A stretch of 64,000 nt of DNA from Octopus vulgaris (GCA_951406725.2 OX597818.1:34038001-34102000); one strand, 5' to 3'. Counted from the first letter of the stretch, positions 1 through 13,253 are shown. Made by a program: numbers and translations. Notes: a model not told the origin generated them from the letters alone.

Positions 1-254
1 ACCGCCCCCACCCCACTCCGAATGTTCTGCCATCTATTATTAACCTGAGAAGTATTCATTCCTCCGGAACCAGGAGCACTTGTATACTTTATGTGGCGAT
101 AAAAGGAATTCAGTTAACTCATCCAAAGCTATAGCTCCTCGTATGAGGAGGAGGTGGGCTCTAATGGAAAAGGCACGTGAATGAAAGTTGCTGAGGAAGA
201 GGCGAGGATAGAAAGAAGTGGGGATTAGAGGACGAAGGTGAAGATGAAGAAGCA

Positions 255-654
255 GATGATGATGATGATGATAATGATGATGGTGATGATGATAATAATG
301 ATGATGGTGGCGTCGGCGGTGGTGGTCGTCGTCGTCGTGGGTTGACACCACTGGTATTCGTGTTGGTGCTTGTAATGTGGTAAGGGTGGTAATGAAGAAG
401 AAGAAGAAGAAGAAGAAGAAAGAAGAAGAAGAAGAAGAAGAAGAAGAAGAAGAAGAAGAAGAAGAAGGAAGAGAAGTAAGAACCCGGAAATGATGAACAT
501 GAAGAAATAGAAGCGGAGGATGAGGAGGAGAGCTTAGAAGAAGAGGAAATGATGAACATGAAGAAGAAATAGATGAAGAAAAAGAAGAGGAGAAGGAGCA
601 GGAGCAGGAGAAGAAGAAGAAGAAGAAGAAATGAAGCCAGTGGAGAGATCAACG

Positions 655-733
<79 letters not shown>

Positions 734-756
734 CAGCAGTAGTAGGGGTGGTGGTG

Positions 757-814
<58 letters not shown>

Positions 815-820
815 AGGTGG
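255..820. repeat. Compound trinucleotide microsatellite block (GAT)n/(GAA)n/(AGT)n/(GGT)n
   Basis: Directly visible runs; overlapping ORFs are homopolymer artefacts. Confidence 0.95.
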
Positions 821-1163
821 CTATCAAAGAGAGTGGAAGGAAATCAGTGGAAGGTGAGGAAGGGAGAGCAGAGAAAGAAGAAGAGGAAGGAGAGGTTTAA
901 AGCAGTGTGCAATCATGGTGGATATCATATCTAAGGATTTATTAGCTCAACATGGCCGTTTATTTCTGAAGCCAATGAATGTTTTGTAATTTGATTAATT
1001 GTGTTTACGTGTGTCGTTTATGATTGAACTAACAACACACACGCACGCACGCACGCTCACATGCATGCATGCATGCACACACACAAACACACATACACAA
1101 ACAGACGTGCATATACATACACACATATGCGTCTATTTGTGAGTATCTAGTTGCATAGAGATT

Positions 1164-1208
<45 letters not shown>

Positions 1209-2718
1209 GTATGTGCGTATCAGTTTATATTTGTATTAGATTATTTCATATGCTTGAATAAGCTTGCTTATGTGTGTGTGTGTGTGTGTGTGTGTGTCTG
1301 TGTCTGTGTCTGTGTCTGTGTGTGTGTGTGTGTGTGTGTATGCATGAATGTATGTGTATGTATATATATATACATATATATTGCATGTATGTTTTCTTCC
1401 TCAATCTAACCATATATACCATATATATATACACACACAGACACACACACACACACATAAACAAACACACACTCATACACATGTGTATATGTGTTTGTGT
1501 GTGTGTGTGCTTATGTGTATATATATATATTCATATAAACATATATACATGCATATATACATATACACACAGATGTATGGGTTATCTTTGTACTGTATGC
1601 ATGTATGTATGTATGTATGTAGGTAGCTAGGTTGGTAGGTAGATAGGTAGGTAGGTAGTATGCATGTATATATGTATGTACGTATGTATTTATGTAAGTA
1701 TGTATGCATGCATGCATGCATGTATGTATGTATGTATGTATGTATGCATGTATGTATGTAAGCATGTATGTAGGTGATTCTACTATGTGGTTTATGTTGT
1801 CGAGCACATTCGTATTTGTAAGGTATTTTTGCCATTAAAAAAATTGGTAAAGAAAAAGAAAAAGACAAAACAGAACAAATAAATGTACCACGAGATTTAG
1901 TAGCAAAATTGTTTGCAAACAATGGCGGAAGCTGCGAAGAAAAGTTTGAAGGAAATATTTTAGCAAATAATTGCAATGAAAGAAAGAACGGTTTTGCATC
2001 ATAATAAAATGTCTGTTAAAGGACCGTAACACGAATTTCGGATTCCATTTCAGCAAGGAGCCGTAAGGTTTAGAAGCAATGCATAGATGCAGAATCAAGA
2101 TTTTGGAGCTCAAGAAAGTTTAGCCAGAATTCCCATGAATGACGTGGCTGTTATTATTGTTATTTAGCCCCAGGTTGAACCATATGAAGCTGACTTATGC
2201 TGAAAGACATTTTGTCGTTTTTGCTGCATCTTTTACAATTTATCATTTTTTTTTTTTTATTTCATTTGTTCGACTGTGGTCATTCTGGGGCACCACCTTG
2301 AAGAGTTTTAATGAAATGAATCAACCCCAGTCTTGGGGTCGATTTCTTCGACTAAAACCTTTTAAGTCGGCGCTCTAGCATGGCCGCAGTCAAATGACTG
2401 AAACGTGTATGAGAATAAAAAAATATTAAAGGCGATCGTGTGTAATTTAACGATCTGTCTTTTTCTTGCTGTCAAAGTCACTGCATAGTGGCCCTCCAAG
2501 TCTTTTCACATACTATGTGTTCTATTTTGATTGCATGTTAGTATGTGGAGTAAAATGTGTGTGAGCAAGCGATGCTTATTGGGGTGTAATTGGTTTGGTG
2601 GAAAGATTTTAGAAGAAAATATATGTGTGTGTGAGTGTATGCATGTATGTATGTATGCATGTATGTGAGTCTGTATGTATGTATATACGTATATACGCAT
2701 GCATGTATATATGTATGT

Positions 2719-3152
2719 CACTTCTGTGTTTAATCATTTAATTTTTTCCTCTGAAGGAGCTGGTTTGCAGTTATGATACAAAGCGTCATCGTTCGAATGA
2801 AGATAGCGAAAACAATATTACATTTTAAACCTGAGAAAAGTCTTGCATAGTTTTACTGCTCCGCATACAGTTGATTTTTTTTTTTTCTGAAAATTCAAGT
2901 TTATCCAAACTGACAGTTTGGCATCTACTTACAAAACCGAGTGCTCCAATTATTATTGGTATAGATGTACATTTCTAATCCGGATATAGAAGCTGAAAGT
3001 TTCGAAGCAGTTGTCCATAGTTATCTTCTTTCTCTTTGATTTTCAAAGAGATATTCCAATCAGCAGGACAGCTGGCCTCTATGAGAGAACATACTTTTTC
3101 TTGTCTGTCCCAAATAACAATGTCCGGCCTGTTATGTTTACACTTGACAGGA
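2719..3152 (-). mobile_element. 5'-truncated RLE-type non-LTR retrotransposon (R4/Dong-like), endonuclease C-terminus plus 3' UTR
   Basis: Minus frame reads KCKHNRPDIVIWDRQEKVCSLIEASCPADWNISLKIKEKEDNYGQL..YPD*KCTSIPIIIGALG.. then GAVKLCKTFLRFKM* ending near 2818; PD-(D/E) RLE motifs; flanked by (GTAT)n. Confidence 0.85.
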
Positions 3153-3244
3153 GTATGTATGTATGTATGTATGTATGTATGTATGTATGTATGTATGTAT
3201 GTATGTATGTATGTATGTATGCATGTATGGAGGTAGGTAGGTAG

Positions 3245-3660
3245 CAGGGACGTGCCGCCTGGGTCGACAAGGTAGGCAGTGCCTAACCTAAATGAAATAG
3301 ATCGATAGGAACATTTTCCTTTTATGACAAAATATGCACCTAATTCAATAAAATTATGGCGGTTACTCTGATTATTATGCATAAAATGCAATATACATAT
3401 ATATATTTTTTTGTAGATTAGGCAGGCATATTCGTCCCTGCTTTTCAATCTTAGTATTAGAACTACGCATAATACTGCTGTAGTACACATGCTGCGTACA
3501 TTCCTACAACACTGTTTTCTTTACTCACTATAAAGACAGAAGTAAATCCGCCTGCAACTCAGTCGCGCCTGTGTGTCGCTTATTTTGGTTTTGTGTGTGT
3601 GTTTACTACATAAACATCACCAACTGCCTACCCTGAATAATTACTCACGGCACGTGCCTG
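3245..3660. mobile_element. Non-autonomous hAT-like MITE (416 bp)
   Basis: Imperfect TIRs CAGGGACGTGCCG..GGTAGGCAGT and ACTGCCTACC..CGGCACGTGCCTG; 8-bp flanks GTAGGTAG on both sides (inside a GTAG repeat). Confidence 0.7.
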
Positions 3661-4173
3661 GTAGGTAGGTAGGTATGCATGCACGTGTGCTGGTTTATGT
3701 CAGACGATCCACAGGAGTGCTCAATACTTATTGTAGAGGATCAGGTTATTTTTTATTGAAACTGTAACTGAGAGTTTGCCCTATGATACTGCGATCTTCA
3801 TAGGAATATATACATACAAACTCATAGAGACACACATACAAAGAAACTCCCTTATATACATGTGTGTGTGTGCTTTTACGTTATAATAAAACAATTTTAC
3901 ATTAAATTGGAGAATTACTCAATACATTTGATTGAGTGCAAATTTATTATTCTTGATCAAAAATATTATTGACAGTCACTTGGAAGTTTCGGCTTGTATG
4001 GAGTAATGTCTGCAGACTACTTATTCTATTACGATGCATCTATAGATCTATCTGCACGGTACAAGAGCGTAGATGGTGTCAGTTACATATGCATGAATCT
4101 TCATATACAACGAAACGTCAGATTTATTCCAAATTCGATTTATTAACCGGCCTAAAGCTTGAATATACATACA

Positions 4174-4174
<1 letters not shown>

Positions 4175-4227
<53 letters not shown>

Positions 4228-4468
4228 ACATACATATGTATTTATATAAGTATATATATGTATGTACATACATACATATATATATGTATATACATATATA
4301 TATATATATGATATATACATATGTATATATATGTATATATATGTATATATATGTATGTACATACATACATATATATATGTATATACATATATATATATGA
4401 TACAAACATATGTATATATATATATATATGTACATACATACATAAATAAATATATACATGCATACAAA

Positions 4469-4519
<51 letters not shown>

Positions 4520-4740
4520 ATAAATATATAGATGTATATGCAGTCATACAAACATACTTATATTACGTATATACATTGCATCATATATAAATACAGTCAA
4601 ACATGCATACATTCATACATTCATACATGCATAGATACGTACATACATACACACATACACGCATACACACATACATACATACATACATACATACATACAT
4701 ACATACATACATACATACATACATACATACATACATACAG
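4175..4740. repeat. (TA)n/(TACA)n microsatellite field
   Basis: Directly visible. Confidence 0.95.
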
Positions 4741-5194
4741 CAGATATATAGATGTGCATACATGTATACATAGATATGCCCAAAATGATAAATATATATC
4801 CGCAATTACTTTCGTAATTGCTTTATATTGTTAGCCATCACGAAGTAATTTGTTTACATTTATGTACATAAACAGACATGCAGTTTAAGATAGGAAGATA
4901 GGAAAATAACTATGGTGGTAGAGAAGTATATACGAGCTTAAGTGAATAAGAGAAAGTCATATTAACAAACAAGACCTAGTACATAAATACATACACGCAT
5001 ACATATATAAGCAACGTGTAATACTATACACGGCCCTCCCTTCATTACCATCTTTGTTCCAGCCTGTTTCGAGCGAGGATTGGCTTGTGTAGTCACCTGC
5101 ACATTCACCATGGTAAAACTATTCGATATGGTAGAATCTCAAACTCTCGGACACAAGAAACTGTGTCCTAGTTTAGAGACCAAAGTGTACGTAC

Positions 5195-5363
5195 GCTCTC
5201 TCCTTGTTTCTCTCCTTATTTTTCTTTTCTGTGTCCCTTTCAGTAGAAGAGCGTAGGCTCGAAACGTAAAAGACTTTTTCAATTCCTGAGCGTTATACTA
5301 ATAGATTTGTTTGTTTTCTACACCACCTGTCTTCGTCTTTTGTTTATTTCGCGAACTCTCCCC
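5195..5363 (+). mobile_element. Short Penelope-like pseudo-LTR relic with degenerate minimal HHR
   Basis: CTTT-CAGTAGA-A-GAGC GTAG GCTC-GAAAC-GTA-AAAG at 5237-5272; pyrimidine-rich body ending at (AT)n. Confidence 0.45.
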
Positions 5364-5851
5364 ATATATATATATATAATACAAAATGGGACAAGAACGC
5401 AACACATCCGGACAGCTAGGTCATACAAAAAAATAGGACAACAAAATATCCAGATAGACGATACAAAGAAAACGAGGACGGATCATTCGAAGTTTTCTTT
5501 CCTCAGTCAAGCACCAGATTATCCTCGCAATTTCGGCTGATTATTCTTCAGATTGCTTCATTCTGGTCAGCCCCAAGGAAAAACTAAACTAAGAGCATTA
5601 GATTCCTTGGAAGAAAGCAGCGAATGTATACAAAAACAAGGACGGAAAAAACGGACGTTACACGAATATAAATACAATTTAAAAAATAAAATAAAAATAA
5701 TAACAGGACATAACAATAGGTGTCTTTCGACTAAGGACGAATTGAATTAAGCTGGCGCGTGTGGAAATGAAGCCTTACAGCAGCGATACAAAATTTTCAC
5801 AAACACAAGGAAGAATATCGATGTTACACGGACAACGGCCAGACCAAGAAA

Positions 5852-5888
<37 letters not shown>

Positions 5889-6034
5889 TGTGTGTTTCAA
5901 GGATTCGTTTAATTGTTAGAGCGTAGCGCAAAATTTCTGGCGATGTTTGACCTGCTACTTTAATTCTTCTGTTCAAATCCGGCCCTGGCCATCTTTGCTT
6001 TCCATCCTCTCGATATCTCTCTTTTCTATTTTTT

Positions 6035-6423
6035 TTTTACTCTCTTTTACTTGTTTCAGTAATTTGACTGCTGCCATGCTGGAGCACCACCTTTAGTCGA
6101 CCAAATTGACCCCAGGACTTAGTCTTTGCAAGCCTAGTATTTATTCAATCGGTCACTTTTGCCGAACCGCTAAGTTACGGGGACGTAAACGCATCAGCAT
6201 CGGTTGTTGAGCGATGTTGCGGGGGACAAACACAGACACACAAACAAACACACATATACAGATATACGACGGGCTTCTTTCAGTTTCCGTTTGCCAAATC
6301 CACTCAGAAGGCTTTGGTCGGCTCGAGGCTATAGTAGAAGACACTCGCACAGGGTGCCACGCAGTGGAACTGGACCCGGAGTCATGTCGTTGGTAAGCAA
6401 ACTACTTACCACACAGCCACTCC
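6035..6423 (-). mobile_element. tRNA-derived SINE family A
   Basis: Reverse complement of the copies at 14851, 15485 and 26861 (head GGAGTGGCTGTGTGGTAAG, B box, AAGTAAAAGAG tail). Confidence 0.9.
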
Positions 6424-6746
6424 AGATTGAATAAAATATTGTACCAGCCAAGCACTGAAGTTGAAATAATCGACTGCTTCACTTTCACCAATTTTCTAGT
6501 TCTATGCCGCCGTTAGATATTTTATAGGTGTGGCTGTGTGGTAAGAAGTTTGCTTCCTAACTACATGGTTGGGTCGCCCCGCGGCCATAGCATAAGACGC
6601 CTACCTAAGATGGGACTGAACACTGAACCATGTGGTTGCGAAACGAGTTTCTTAACACACGCGCCTGCACCTATAGTTATTTTCTCCAGAATGGATTAAA
6701 ACACGTAAATGGTTTTGGAGTAATGATATATATGCTTTCTTATATA

Positions 6747-7123
6747 CGGGGTGATTCAAAAGTTTCCATACATAGGAAAAATCATTTTTTTTCATAAGAA
6801 ACAGTTTATAAGATCTCCTAGATCCCCTGATCTGACCCCTCTTGATTTCTATCTTTGGGGGACATTTGAAAGGCATGGGGTATCGCGGAAAGATAAAAGA
6901 CATAAATCATTTGAAGGACCGCATCACTAACTCAACTGCACACGTATCACCAGATGTGGTATTACGAATTCACAATGAGTGAGATAAACGTATTACAATG
7001 TGTATTCAAAAGCAATGGTAACCATATAGAGCCTGTTAAATAAAAAAAATAAACTGTTCTTATAAACTGCTTCTTATAAAAAGATAAATTGTTCCTATGT
7101 ATGACGACTTTTGAATCACCCTG
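6747..7123 (+). mobile_element. Internally deleted Tc1/mariner-superfamily element
   Basis: About 30-bp TIRs C(G/A)GGGTGATTCAAAAGT..CATACATAGGAA with TA flanks; transposase relic RSPDLTPLDFYLWG..LKDRI..NGNHIE. Confidence 0.88.
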
Positions 7124-7612
7124 TATACAATAAAAGCATAATTTCCCTGCAAAAGAAATAAGTAATGGTCCTGGTTTCTTTATATTTTAAAGATAGATAA
7201 AATATATATATATATTGCAGTCATATAAATCAGTGTTATTTTTTCAGATATGGACAAATTTGTCAAAATTCTTGGAAGCGATAGCATATTACAATGTTAT
7301 CGATCAAATGTTCAGCTGGAATTCGGATTTTCAATCCATTTCTGTCGTCATTGACGTCAAGACTAGAGAGGAACTTAAATGAAAACAAAATGATAACAGT
7401 TGTCGTGTTGTCGTTGAAGAAAAACAAATGGCATACGTCTTTGCTCAAATCGCTCAAGATTAGTGGCTTACCTGGTATTTATATATCAATAACTCAACAA
7501 TGTAATGTAATTAATTTATATATCATATGGTTTTTCTAACATCTTATCAGTACAACTACCTCTTCTCTTTGTGCGTGTCTCCCTCCTCTCTCTCTCTCTC
7601 TCTCTTTCTCTT

Positions 7613-7674
<62 letters not shown>

Positions 7675-7786
7675 AATATATATATATCTTGTACTTGTAG
7701 CTCTGTGTATATTTTTATGTAATGTAATATAAACAGACTTGTGCATATATCTATCTATATGTGTGTGTATGTACACATATTATTAT

Positions 7787-7876
<90 letters not shown>

Positions 7877-8284
7877 CATCATTCTTCTTCTGCTTGTTCT
7901 TCGCCTTCTTCTTCTTCTTCTTCTTATTATTATTATTATTATTATTATTGTTATTATTACTATCATTATTTTTATTTACTTTTAATCTGCATGTTTGTTA
8001 CAATCACTTGCCGAGACACACCCAGCGTCCTAGCGCGAGTGTAGGATAAGAGATGTTGCAGTATGACTGAAAGCTTGGGGAGGAGAAGTGGCAGGAGCAG
8101 TAGCGAAATATCTTCATATAATACAACACAGACATTTAAACTGATAGCGCTTTTCTAAGACTGTGGGCAGTACTTGTCAACACAATTTTTTTGGATTTCT
8201 CTAAGACATGGCTTTCCTTGTACGTTGCTATTCTACTTCTCCTTCTCCTCCTCCTCCTCCTCCTCCTTCTTCTTCTCTTTCTTC

Positions 8285-8343
<59 letters not shown>

Positions 8344-8345
<2 letters not shown>

Positions 8346-8699
8346 ATCTACCTTAGCGTGTTTGCTTGTTTGTCCGTTGACAAGATATCTCAAGAACCAC
8401 TGGAAGGATTCGGATGAAATTTTCAGGGACGTTTGACCTCGTGACTGGCACGAACTGTGTAGATTTGGAGATCGATCCAGTACTGGACAAGGATTCTAGC
8501 TTATTTTTTCTTTATTTTTCCGGGGGGTTTTTTCTACTTAATTTTTTAGAGATGTCGAGTTCATTTTTAGTATTCTTTTTTTGTGAGAGCAGTCAAGTTT
8601 ATTTCAGATATTCTCATTTTAAAAATTATCTCCGGCTAATCGTCGAGAAGACGTTGGTGTTGCCTTTGTGGAGGTTTGAACTCACTGAGTGCTCTTGTT
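8344..8699 (+). mobile_element. Helentron-associated (HINE/DINE-1-like) non-autonomous element
   Basis: GTTT/GTCC microsatellite then GATATCTCAAGAAC..GGATGAAATTTT; 3' GGAGGT plus ACTC-ACT-GAGT hairpin; inserted in (ATT)n. Confidence 0.6.
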
Positions 8700-8749
8700 A
8701 TTATTATTATTAAAATGACAAAGGAATAAGAAATTATGTCATGAACTTC

Positions 8750-9099
8750 ATCGAGCAAATCGATCCCAGGATTTATTCTTTATAAACCTAGTACTTATTC
8801 TATCGGTCACTTTTACTGAACCGCTAAGTTTCGGGGACATAAGCACACCAGCATCGGTTGTCAAGCGATGTCGCGGGGACAAACAGAGACACACAAACAC
8901 ATACACACACTCCTACATAGATATATACATATATACGACGTGCTTCTTTCAGTTTCCGTCTACCAAATCCACTCACAAGGCTTTGGTTGGCCTGAGGCTA
9001 TAGTAGAAGACACTAGCCCAAGGTGCCACGCAGTGGGACTGAACCCGGAATCATGTGGTTGGTAAGCAAGCTACTTACCACACAGCCACTCCTACGCCT
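8750..9099 (-). mobile_element. SINE family A (3'-truncated)
   Basis: Clear similarity to other family A copies. Confidence 0.9.
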
Positions 9100-9818
9100 A
9101 TAAATAGTAAATAGATAAATAGTAAAATAGTAAATATATATACGGATATATAGTATTTATACCGATATACAGTATATGCATGTGATAGTGATAAGAGAGT
9201 ATAGCGTAAGTAGCTTAACCATTGCGTAATACAATTGACAGGGACGTTACAAGTCTTTTGTTGATATTGTGACATACTTGTATGATTCGTAAATAATGTA
9301 CAACCGCCGAGTTAAACGTATATACGAGTGAGTGGACAAACGAAAAAAAGGGCACTCAACATATTTATAGGGAGTTACATGTATGGATCAAATCAGTTTA
9401 ATTCAAATTTGAGTTTCAAGCGTGATGCTAATCTTCAGCCATTGGGAATTCCGCTTGAAACTCGGAGTACCAACGAATTTGAATCAAACTGTTTTGATCT
9501 GTGTGTGCATGCGTGTGTGTGTATTTATGTAGGTATGTATGGATGGATGGATGGATGGATGGATTGACGTTTAACCGTCCCGCGTAGTACGTCACTCGAC
9601 TGCTTTGTGTTCAGATGTATGGTAATACAGAAATATAGTGTACGATGACTGACATGTTTCCCTAGCAAAATATGGGAGAGACCACTGGAGACGTGTAACT
9701 TTAGTTTCGCTTTATTTCCACTCTACCTCTGCTCTATTTCCACTCTGGATACAACACAGTCTGACCAGAAGTCACCTAAGTATTAGTGCTCTAACTGATG
9801 TATTATCTAACTAAAATA

Positions 9819-9890
9819 TATATTTGCTGGCGTAGACTCTACGCCAACAAATATAACAACAGTTACTCTACGCCGTAGAGTAACTGTTGT
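9819..9890. repeat. Two abutting palindromes; probable hAT excision footprint
   Basis: 18-bp arms (1 mismatch) around C9837 and perfect 17-bp arms around C9873; both derive from GCGTAGAG. Confidence 0.7.
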
Positions 9891-12016
9891 AGCAAAGTAT
9901 TCAGTTGCGGTGAGATTTCATTTTTGGTTAAAACCTCCAGCCAAACTGGAGAATGTCCGGTTCTGTATACCGTTGTTGCTGATGAAAATATGCTAACAGA
10001 GAGTATGAGGTAGAGTATATATGTTAATAGGTTACAGTCGATATCATCGACTTGAGTACTGACCTGGTTTCATGTTTTTATCAAATTTTGTAGGATTACA
10101 ATCAACATCGATTATGATCAAATTTGAACTCCGAATATACTGCAACTAGATTATGATGCAAAGTGATTTTGTCCAGCTCTCTGCAGATGTTACCAATCCA
10201 GCTCATTAACAAACGTTATCTTCCACTTACTATAGTCAACATTATAAGTCAGGGCTTAGCCGTGTACCTAAGAAAATCACTTCACAATCTCATAGTCCCG
10301 AGTTGGATCCTACTTCGCGGGAACCTTAGTCAAATGCCTTCTGCCGTAGCTTCGGGGCGATCCGAGATTCGCGAGAGAAATACTATAGTTAGAAACTGTG
10401 CATCAGTCTTTTGGAGGGACTGTATCTGTTCTTGGATAACAGACTTATAACTTCACCCCACTTAACATCACGCCTTTTACCAGTATCCGTTCTGTTCGTA
10501 GCATTTAGACAAAGTATCCTGTTTCTTTCTCCCCACCAATTTAGAAGCGCTATGGATAAGGTGTTTCAATGCTCTTCTATCGCAGGCTATCTCATTGTAC
10601 CGTAGTTCTGTAGTGTTTATGTATCCTTTTGACTGTTGGAAAATAAACTTCATATTGCGATATGGCAGACGTTTTTAAGTGAGATGGTCTTTAAAGTTAA
10701 TTATAAATCTTTCAGATAAAATGAATTAAATGAATACTTTATGCGATCTTTTGTCATAAATTCAGCATTTGACTCTGTGCTGTGACTGACGAAAATAAGT
10801 ACAGACTAAAATGTCCTGGACTAGGAGACAACCAGGATAAATTTGCAGAATCAGTTTAGCTGCAACTATTTAGAAAAATCCATAAAAGACCGTGTAAAGA
10901 CGTTATCAAAAACAAAAGTCGGGTAAATTATTTTTAATACATTAACTAAAAGGAGACCATGATTTTCTCTTCACTTCGGTAATTGTAAAATTTATGCGGT
11001 TAATGTTCAGCTTCAACATCGAACATCTGTATGTCAATGACTCAATGAGAAAGCAAACTGGACGGCAAAGAAATTCGAGACTTTTTATTCCAAGAATGAT
11101 TGAATAGTTAGTTAGTGTGTGGTACAGGAAGGAAGATGAATTATGAGTGGGAAGAGTATGGTATATTTGCATAAAAAGAAATAATGCCATTAGCTAGCTC
11201 TGACAAAATTATAATATATTTTAATAGATTTGCAATGACTGAGAAGATAAGTTTCGACCAAAATACTTCAATTTATTAGACTTTTCCAATATATAACATT
11301 GCTTATAAAAACGGAAAGCGACCGGCATCCTACTCTATCGAAACATCTAATTGATTGGGAAATAAAGAGAAATTTAGTTTATATTTCCAATACACATTCT
11401 TACACAAACGAAGAGATAGAAAAATAAAATTCATTTGCCATCTATATATTGTTATCATTGATATAATAAACATAATATCCTCGTTCATTTCATTTCTTGT
11501 TCTAAGAGGCATATTTATTACACAATAATAGAATATATTCTCCTTGAAAATAGCAATGTATAGTTTATGTTATATGTCGAGTCATTGTTTTCTTTTGTAA
11601 TTTTTCCCCTATTTATATCGAATAACAATAGCTAACGTTAAACATATAATTTATCGACGTAGAATATCACAAACTATAGCAGAGAAGATGTATTCAGTAT
11701 CTAACATAGATAAGACAACTGTATATTCAAACTAATCATCCTATTACGATGTAATTTGCTGTATTCAATACATATACAGATAGGGGACACGTGTATACAC
11801 ATAAATATGAATACATCTATATCTATATTGGAAATTTCAGACAAAATAAATTGCGTTATTTCGTTACATCCCTTTATATTCTTAGTTTATATAACGTCTC
11901 TGTTGACTTAACATTCTTTTTTCTTTGGGTGATCGGTAAAGTAAACATCAGTCTTCTACCGGATTCGAAATATAAATCATTATAGCATTAACTTCCTTGA
12001 CCATTTCATGCCCACA

Positions 12017-12490
12017 GTAGTAGGCATCTATCGATCTCGAGAAGACATGGATCTGCGCCCAAAGAAAACATGTCATGGTGGTACAGCGTCTGTTTGTGGC
12101 TGTACAGGCCCACCCGGGAGTGGTAGTCACGCATACAGTGGCTACATTTGAATGAGCTCTCTGCCGGTGCAACTGGTTTTTCCTTCCGTAGAATGTGCTT
12201 CGCCCTGGTGCCGAGTTCCTGTTTTTCTTCCGCTCATTTTATCCCCTTTCGCAGTATGTCTCCAGTGCAGGCGTTCATTTGCAACCTCCTCCCATCTCAG
12301 GACGTCTATATCAAGCGACTTCATATCCCTCTTATAGACGTCCTTTAAAAGAAGATGTCCTTTAAACGAAGACGACCTTTAAACGAAGACGTCCTTTAAA
12401 CGAAAACGACCTTTAAACGAAGACGTCCTTTAAACGAAAACGTCCTTTAAACATCGTCCTCGTGCTCTTGTGCTGGTGGTCACACAGTAT
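12017..12490 (-). mobile_element. RTE-clade LINE 3' fragment
   Basis: KDVYKRDMKSLDIDVLRWEEVANERLHWR and FKCSHCMRDYHSRVGLYSH (RTE C-terminal zinc motif); short CTA-repeat tail. Confidence 0.8.
12337..12452. repeat. 17-bp tandem repeat (GACGTCCTTTAAACGAA), about 6.8 copies
   Basis: Directly visible. Confidence 0.9.
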
Positions 12491-12704
12491 AAGGGCTAAA
12501 TCAGTGAAAGTTTTGTTTTTTGTATGGGTAAGAATGTGTATATTCTAGATAGTGGATCAGTACAATTGGTAGAACGTCCGACAAAACACGTTCAGATATT
12601 TTAGTCAGGTCACTTTACATTCTGAGTTTAAACCCCACCCTATGATGAAATTTTATTTGATATATACGGCTGTATGTGAGAAAGGGAGAAAGTGTGTGTG
12701 TGTG

Positions 12705-12745
<41 letters not shown>

Positions 12746-13253
12746 CACGTCTTTTTTCAAGCATAATATATATCGTAAACACCAGACTCCAAGGAAGCTA
12801 GTGGTAATCATTAATAATACTCGGTTAATTGGAATGTTTAGGAGCGTTTCGTAATTTCATTTAACTTGAAAACTGAAGATCTAATGTTTCCGATTTTTGT
12901 CCTTCGATGAGGAAGAGAGAGAAAGACATTCTATTGTTCCAGTCCCAATCTGAACTCCAGCTGTTGGCTCAAAGTTCATATCTCGACGTAAAATTAACGA
13001 AGCTAATTTCATTTATCTCTTCTTTTGTCTTTGACGTCATCTGACAGGCGCCAACCAAGTTGGTGTGAATCAGACACGCTTTACCTGCTAGAAATAGCAA
13101 CCCAAATGCTTTTAAACCAGATGCCAATGTTGGATGGTCAAGAACCAAATGAAGATCAGGTTTTTGATATCGGGATCATCTTGATTCTTAAAAGCACATT
13201 ATGTCTATGTAGAGCAAATGTAGGCTGAGACTGATCTAATTTCGAGTTTATTA

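Noticed and set aside
5520-5560. Minus-strand CTGAAGA..CCGAAAT as a hammerhead
   Set aside because: No stem III/UH/stem I arrangement; the flanks pair in an incompatible way.
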